Assembly: GCA_030167865.1 (NCBI GenBank)
Contig: JALAGF010001544.1
Location: forward strand, 1-37,784
Source of the DNA: Craspedostauros australis
Taxonomy: Eukaryota
DNA length: 37,784 nucleotides
Direction: 5' to 3'
Positions 32,053 to 37,784 of the stretch are shown here, one piece after another. The position numbers were made by a program, and so were the translations under genes. The notes under the pieces were generated by a model. The model was not told the origin of the DNA. It was given only the letters and a program-made list of their open reading frames with translations, and searched no databases. The first letter of the stretch is position 1, and the number at the start of each line of letters is the position of its first letter.

Positions 32053-33150
32053 ATGTCGACCAACATGAACCAAAAGGAACGAGAGGAGTACCTGCGCGAA
32101 CACGGCATCCAGATCGAGACGCCGGAGGACAGGAAGAAGGCCAAGTCCGCCACCACCGCAGCGGAGTCCGTGGTGCACCAGCTCTCCGATCTGCGTCTGG
32201 CCGCGCATGATGCGCAGGAAGGCAGTGGTGACGACGGCAAGGTCAAGGAACTGCGCGATGCCGGCATTGAGTTCTGCCTCATCCCCCAGGACAGCACCAA
32301 ACCAATCCAACCCCTCTTCCTGCCCAAGGCCTTCGCTGACAAATCGCCCGGCGACGCCCTGCCCAGCTACGTCCAATCCTACTTCGCGGATTCGCGCGCC
32401 ATCGACGCCAACCTCCTGCAGGAACAGGCCACGAAGCACATGACGTCGGGCAAGTTCAAGGACATGGACCTGTCCCGCATCTCGACGGCTTCCATGAGCG
32501 CCGTGGCCGCGCAAGGCACCGTCGAGACCTTCCCCGTCGTACGACCGGCCGACACCAATCACTATCAGGGCGTCTACATCTACCTCGACGAGATGGGCAT
32601 GCTCAAGAAGCTGCCGCCCAACAGCCGTGCCGCCGCCATCGCGGGTGCCTGCGGCTTCCAGCCGGAGCCAATCTTTTACGGCGACGTCTTCATCGGCCGG
32701 GTGCAGACCAAGCCCGCCATGTCTAATCGTCCTTTCGTGGCCGGTCAGGACACGGATCGCGGTGCCGAGTGGATGCGGCGCGCAGTGTCGGAGAATCTGG
32801 CGTGGCAGAGCACGGCCAACAGCATCGCGGCGTCCAAGAATGCCGAACAGCCCGCGGTTGCTGGTACGGATGGCAACGTGGCGTCGGAGGAGCAGTTCGA
32901 TTGGACGCAGGACGAGGAGGAAGTGGAGCTGTCGGTGCGACTCGATGGCAAGCCCATTGCCAAGAATGCGGTCAAGGTCAAGTTCCTGCCGAAATCGATC
33001 ACGATCGTTTACGACGGAAAGGAACATCTGCAATTGAAATGGTACGGTGCGGTCGACGTTGACGGTTGCACGTGGACGGTCGACGGGGACAAGCTCGTCA
33101 TCACTGCGGAGAAGGCATCGCCAGCAACATGGCCAAGAGTTCGGATATAG
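32053..33150 (+). CDS. CS (p23/NudC-like) domain protein with an uncharacterised N-terminal domain
   Basis: 365-aa ORF with strong codon bias. The C-terminal FDWTQDEEEVELSV...VKVKF...GAVDVDGCTWTVDGDKLVITAEK...WPRV is a typical CS domain. Confidence 0.85.
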   Translation: MSTNMNQKEREEYLREHGIQIETPEDRKKAKSATTAAESVVHQLSDLRLAAHDAQEGSGDDGKVKELRDAGIEFCLIPQDSTKPIQPLFLPKAFADKSPGDALPSYVQSYFADSRAIDANLLQEQATKHMTSGKFKDMDLSRISTASMSAVAAQGTVETFPVVRPADTNHYQGVYIYLDEMGMLKKLPPNSRAAAIAGACGFQPEPIFYGDVFIGRVQTKPAMSNRPFVAGQDTDRGAEWMRRAVSENLAWQSTANSIAASKNAEQPAVAGTDGNVASEEQFDWTQDEEEVELSVRLDGKPIAKNAVKVKFLPKSITIVYDGKEHLQLKWYGAVDVDGCTWTVDGDKLVITAEKASPATWPRVRI

Positions 33151-33369
33151 CACGTAATGCCTACCAGTGCGCTACACCACAATGTGTACACTTCGATGAT
33201 ACAACAATTTAGTCAAGAACGTCGCGACTCTCAAACGTTCAGTATCATGTCCAACAAAAGACCTGGGGCGCGCTAGAGAACGTATTACATCGAGTACTCT
33301 GCTCGTACTCGCGCCATGCTCGAACAGCCCAGATATTTCCCCGCATTCGCCAGTTAACGATCCCCGCTG

Positions 33370-35178
33370 CTAGGCGCTGGGCGTGCCCTTGCTGATGCGA
33401 TCCAACGTCTTGCGCAGCGCGTTGCCGGCCGTGGTACGCTGATCCAAACAGAGGGCGACGGATTCGAAGTAATCCAGCACTTCGTCTTCGTTGGGTCGGC
33501 TCGTGCTGTCGTTCAGCAGTAGCTGTTCAAAATCTTTCAAGGCATCCATTTCCAAACGCAGCGTCTCCATGATCTGATCAACGTGGCTCTTGTGAGCATC
33601 CAGAATTTCATTGGCGATGCCCCAGTGCTCCGGGTCCTGCGTCACGCCGTTGCTTTTGAGTGGCGCTGGCGCCTCCTCATTCTGCTGCGTGCCCAACAGA
33701 TCGTCCAGAAGATCCTCGTCGCCAGCGCCCTCGCTGGGTTCGCTCACGCTCATGTTCTTCATCGAGTTGGAGAGGTTGGAGCTCGATCTCAGGATGCGTT
33801 GCTGCAGCATGGACGTGCGACGACTGCTGCTCCGTCTCTTGGCGGCCTGCTCTTTCAGATCGATCTTGTTCGCGATGGGTGGCAGATCCGGTTCGTCTGT
33901 GGAATCAAAGCTCTGGTTGCGGCCGGCGCTGGTCAGCGTGATCTTGACCTGCTTCTTCGACACCGTGGGCGATGACGTCAGCCCGTCCATCGACAATCTG
34001 GGTGATGACGGTGTGGATCGGCTGGGGGAGTCGGCGGCCGAACGCATGCTGGAGCCTTGCGAGGCGGGTCTTCCCATGCGCACGGCAGGTCCGAGACCGC
34101 CCGATGATGACGATGCGAGTCTGGAGACCCGTTTCTGCGGCGTGCTGACTGCGATGTTGGCTGGAATACCAACTCTTTCCGTGGATCCGTTGCTGCGACG
34201 ACCCAGGTTGCTTCTGGATGTGTTGTTGTTGTTGTTGCCATGGGACGGCCGGCTGTGATGGCCGTTGCCATGTGAATTCTGAGTCGGCCGCGAGGACGTG
34301 TCGCGCCCAGTGACGCTGCGGCCGCTGGTGAAGGCCGAGTAGCTGCGCGTGGATGTGACGGACGCGCCGCCAACACGGCTGCTCGCAACACTGACATTGT
34401 CATCACCCGCCGATTCGCCAGACTGGATGCGTTCCAGCATACGTTTGACTCTGTTATCGCGCGTCAACGTCGTATTCTGCATGAGCTGGAAGATGATCTC
34501 CGGTTGGTACGCCCGCACCGTCTCCAAACCTCGTTTGGCATTTTGCCGGACCGGATGCGCAGGGTCACGCAGCGCCCGGGCAAGACTCGTCGACACCTGA
34601 TTCCAGATCTCCTTGGTGAGGTAGCCAGCATCCGTCCATTCCTGCAATCCGACGCCCAGGTACAAGGCGCAGGCCTCCCGCACTGTGCGCGACTTGTCCG
34701 ACTTCAACCTCTCCAACCACGTGGGCATTGTCATTTTGCAGGGCACAACTCGCAAAGTCTCCACGACCATGTCCTGTACGGCGGCTCGGATGACGGCGAC
34801 GGTCTGCGCGTGGACGCTGAGGATGGCGGACATGAGGTCCTTGAGCAGGTACCTCGCATCCGCCTGGCACTTTTGAAATAGTTCCAAGAGCGAGTCGCAG
34901 GTGCGCTTGACGACGGTGGAACGCGGATCGAGGAGCAGCTCGGAAAGCGGATTCGCCAGGTGCCTGAGGATGGGCGGTGAGTTATACCAGGACTGCGTGA
35001 TGTTGTACTCCGAACCAGCGGGGATGAGCTGCACCAAGGTGACCAAGGCGCTAGTACGCTTTTGCCATGCGTCCGGGGTTGTGTTCTCGACGACGCGCCA
35101 CAGGTCGTGGATGGGACCTTCGGGCACTCGCTTTCGGTTTGCCGCGGCCATTCGTTTGTGCGATGGCGAGTTGTACAT
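33370..35178 (-). CDS. CLASP N-terminal (TOG/HEAT) domain protein with S/R-rich linker and helical C-terminal tail
   Basis: DAWQKRTSAL, LLLDPRSTVVKRTC, AQTVAVIRAA, DKSRTVREAC and ALRDPAHPVRQNAK are TOG/CLASP_N HEAT loops, followed by a basic Ser/Arg linker. The first plausible ATG is at 35178. Confidence 0.85.
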   Translation of the reverse strand: MYNSPSHKRMAAANRKRVPEGPIHDLWRVVENTTPDAWQKRTSALVTLVQLIPAGSEYNITQSWYNSPPILRHLANPLSELLLDPRSTVVKRTCDSLLELFQKCQADARYLLKDLMSAILSVHAQTVAVIRAAVQDMVVETLRVVPCKMTMPTWLERLKSDKSRTVREACALYLGVGLQEWTDAGYLTKEIWNQVSTSLARALRDPAHPVRQNAKRGLETVRAYQPEIIFQLMQNTTLTRDNRVKRMLERIQSGESAGDDNVSVASSRVGGASVTSTRSYSAFTSGRSVTGRDTSSRPTQNSHGNGHHSRPSHGNNNNNTSRSNLGRRSNGSTERVGIPANIAVSTPQKRVSRLASSSSGGLGPAVRMGRPASQGSSMRSAADSPSRSTPSSPRLSMDGLTSSPTVSKKQVKITLTSAGRNQSFDSTDEPDLPPIANKIDLKEQAAKRRSSSRRTSMLQQRILRSSSNLSNSMKNMSVSEPSEGAGDEDLLDDLLGTQQNEEAPAPLKSNGVTQDPEHWGIANEILDAHKSHVDQIMETLRLEMDALKDFEQLLLNDSTSRPNEDEVLDYFESVALCLDQRTTAGNALRKTLDRISKGTPSA

Positions 35179-36544
35179 GATTGGTGTGGGGCAGTAGTGT
35201 GTTATACCTGCGAGATCGCAGCAGTAGCAGGATGAGTTGCGATGGCCTTGATTGTCACAGCAGATGCACCGTCGCAGCAAGCGGCTTGGGATGTGCGCAA
35301 GCTCTGGTCGGCGCTAAAAGTGCGACGAATGGATGAATGATGTGATGGCGTGAGACGGTTGGTTGTTCAGCGAAGCGTTCAGCGAAATGGCCTTCGATCG
35401 TTTGCGGCTGTTTGTGATGAGTGGGCGAACCGTTGCTTGTCAACCCTTGATGTCAGATGTGGTAGTCCAAACGGCGATGCTCGTTGTCTTTCTCTGTCTG
35501 TCTGGCTGGTATGCCTCTGCGTTTCCCTCCCTTTCTCGTCTCTCTCTCTGTCTCTCTGGCAAAAGCAGTCGTAGAGTGTGACACAATACGAGTGTGAAGT
35601 ACCTACGATCTATCTGCACCTCCGTTCTTTCGCAGATGCCAACGAACGTCTGCTTTTTTGGCTGCTTCAATTTCGAATGTGGAAAATTTGGCCAAGAACA
35701 ACAATCTCAACGAATCTCCTTCTGTTCTCCTTCGTATCGTGCTCTGCTGCGCTGCAGGGTGTATTGTATGATAAAATACTGCAACAAATACAATACTCTT
35801 CTTGTTTTGTCTCGTCTTGTGCAGTTTGCGTGGTCTGCGCTGCCCGGCGTATTGGTGGGATGAAAGCAAGAGCCGTAACGTCACTCGTCGGATCCTCCAA
35901 TGCTGGTGTGATTGTGAACGCTCTGTTGGGCGATTGGCAACCGCACTCTCTGGACTTTATGTTGTGGGAATGGTATCACAGCGCATCCGTGTTGGCGATC
36001 GTATGGTACGCGCTTGCATCCAGCGTCACTTCGCAGTCCTTGCGTACTTGGATACTCTCTGGAATGGGGATGGTGTGAACCCTTGTGCACAACTTCCACA
36101 CACGAACGCAGATGTTCACAAAGGTGCCCCTGCGTTGCTCTTTCCTCGTTTTCTTGGTCATCGTGGTGGTCGGTGTGTGTCACAGACGCAAATCTGGCGG
36201 CGTTGGAGGTGCCGGTGCCAATTTGAAATCTACACTCGTGATTCAATGATACTCGTGAATCAGATGGAGCAACTGCGGCACGATCGCAAATACGCACTGC
36301 ACCCCATGCACAACGCGTAGTCAACCGCGCAATGGTGTGCTCACAAACCACACGATGAATGAGAGGACTATGTGTACCAGTGTGGTATTTACTGATCCTG
36401 GTCGCTGATTCTATGAGAGTGCGCGAGTATGATAGAGTACTATTGTATTGCATGATACTGCGACGTGCTATGCTATCCTTTACTATCCTCTGCAATATGA
36501 TGCTCCTTCGGCATTGCGCAGCTCCGAAAGGATACCGCGCCGTG

Positions 36545-37449
36545 TGCATTCAGCGACGTGCATGGCCAAGGTACTCCATGCGCTGTTGCAGGTTGCCTTG
36601 AGTGATCATCCAGAATCTTTCCGACACCGTTTCCAAGATGGTGTTGATGCCTTTTTCCTGGGTCTGCGTTGCTGACAAAGGACGTCATCATCAAACATAG
36701 ATCGCAGGTATGTCAAGTAGGCATAGATTTTGGCATGGGTCTTTGCGCATGTGGCGATGTTGCCTTCTGTCTGTGTGCTGTTTGTGGGATGCGACGACTC
36801 GTCAAACGCCTCCTCCCAATACTACTGCAGTTCTCTGGCAACCCTTGTGCTGCTGCTTTTGCAATTATGGGCACACAGCAGCTTGGGGTTGCGCTTGACA
36901 GCCTGCTTCAGCATATCCTATCCCCACAGGTTGGCAAGGAAATTGTAGAATGGCTTCAACGCGACTGCAACGTCCTTGCACAAGATGCGCGGTTGCGTTT
37001 GAATGGTGTTCTGTGCCACATGTAGATGGAAGATGACAGGCAAAGGACACAAAGTTGAGCATGCCCTGCACTTATTGCATGGACAACCAATTATAAATGT
37101 GGTGCCATTGCACCCGCGACTTGACCCATTCCTTCTGGATGGATTGACTGTGCGATGCGGCTTCATTTCGTAGACGCTCTCAGACGAAGGAGTGCGTGTC
37201 CTCATCTTGTACTCGGTCAACATGCAACTGTATGGCATTCATGAGGTGCCGCACCTTGATGTTGATGTTGGATGATGACAGTGGTGCCAGCATGTCTGTC
37301 TTGGCACTCGTCCTGGCATTCATCCTGACGTCTGGCGGAGCTGACTGGAATGTATCGGTCGTTGAGGCCAGCAATCTGGAGCATTCATTCTGCGTCGGCA
37401 CATTCACGAATATTGGCACTGGTGGCAGATGAGTGTTGGCAAGTTCCAC
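36545..37449 (-). pseudogene. Possible decayed mTERF-like helical-repeat gene (stops and frameshifts)
   Basis: Fragments IQTQPRILCKDVAVALKPFYNFLANLWG*DMLKQAVKRNPKLL and ERFWMITQGNLQQRMEYL resemble mTERF repeats. ORFs 37180-37449 and 36865-37071 are in the same frame but separated by stops. Confidence 0.3.
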
Positions 37450-37624
37450 GCACGGTAACCTACGATCGTGGAAGATGGTGTTGGTTGATAGTCGTTCGTT
37501 TGCTATTTCATTACTTGGCTACTCCAATGCTCTCGGTGTACGCCCGTTCTCTTGCCCGATGCTCTCGGCACTTCAATCTGTTTCGTAGATTCGGTCTCCG
37601 ACTATGAGTCGGTACGCGAGATAC

Positions 37625-37670
37625 TCTCTCGCTTCTCTCTCTCTGTATTCTCTCTCTCTCTCTCTCTCTC
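37625..37670. repeat. Interrupted (CT)n microsatellite
   Basis: Read directly. Confidence 0.85.
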
Positions 37671-37784
37671 AACATCGTGTACTCGTCGTGCACGATACTT
37701 CGTGTTCGATACGTACTCCGTATTCAACACTCCGTTCATTCAGTACTGGCTCCTACTCCATGAGTACTCGCCATTTGAAGTTCA

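Noticed and set aside
31987-33153. 388-aa minus-strand ORF
   Set aside because: Antisense shadow of the CS-domain gene.

Overview
Eukaryotic nuclear DNA, almost certainly from a diatom, probably pennate. The evidence is a silicon transporter, a silaffin-like secreted protein, several bipartite plastid presequences of the 'AF/AW' type, short GTGAGT...YAG introns and microsatellite-rich intergenic DNA. I can support about 14 protein-coding genes and one tRNA-Pro(AGG): an EF-hand/Tic20 plastid protein, a 3-exon plastid RRM protein, NBP35, a DUF2358-like plastid protein, SIT, a Lys/Ser-rich silaffin-like protein, an ACC-synthase-like PLP enzyme, NAA50, a TAF8/TAF3-like protein, a small plastid membrane protein, a FAIM-like/UIM/Pro-rich protein, a PH/EDR2_C protein, a CS-domain protein and a CLASP-N TOG protein. 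Decayed fragments (ankyrin-like, mTERF-like) are also present. The most interesting features are: (1) a biosilica-looking neighbourhood at 13.0-18.4 kb, where a SIT that stays in frame but has lost both N-terminal GXQ motifs lies about 1.9 kb from a secreted RXL/KxxK protein carrying three copies of an unfamiliar 6-Cys module; (2) a TOG protein whose C-terminus resembles the kinesin-13 tail; (3) a Tic20 with an EF-hand pair. All family calls come from motif recognition by eye; no searches were run.
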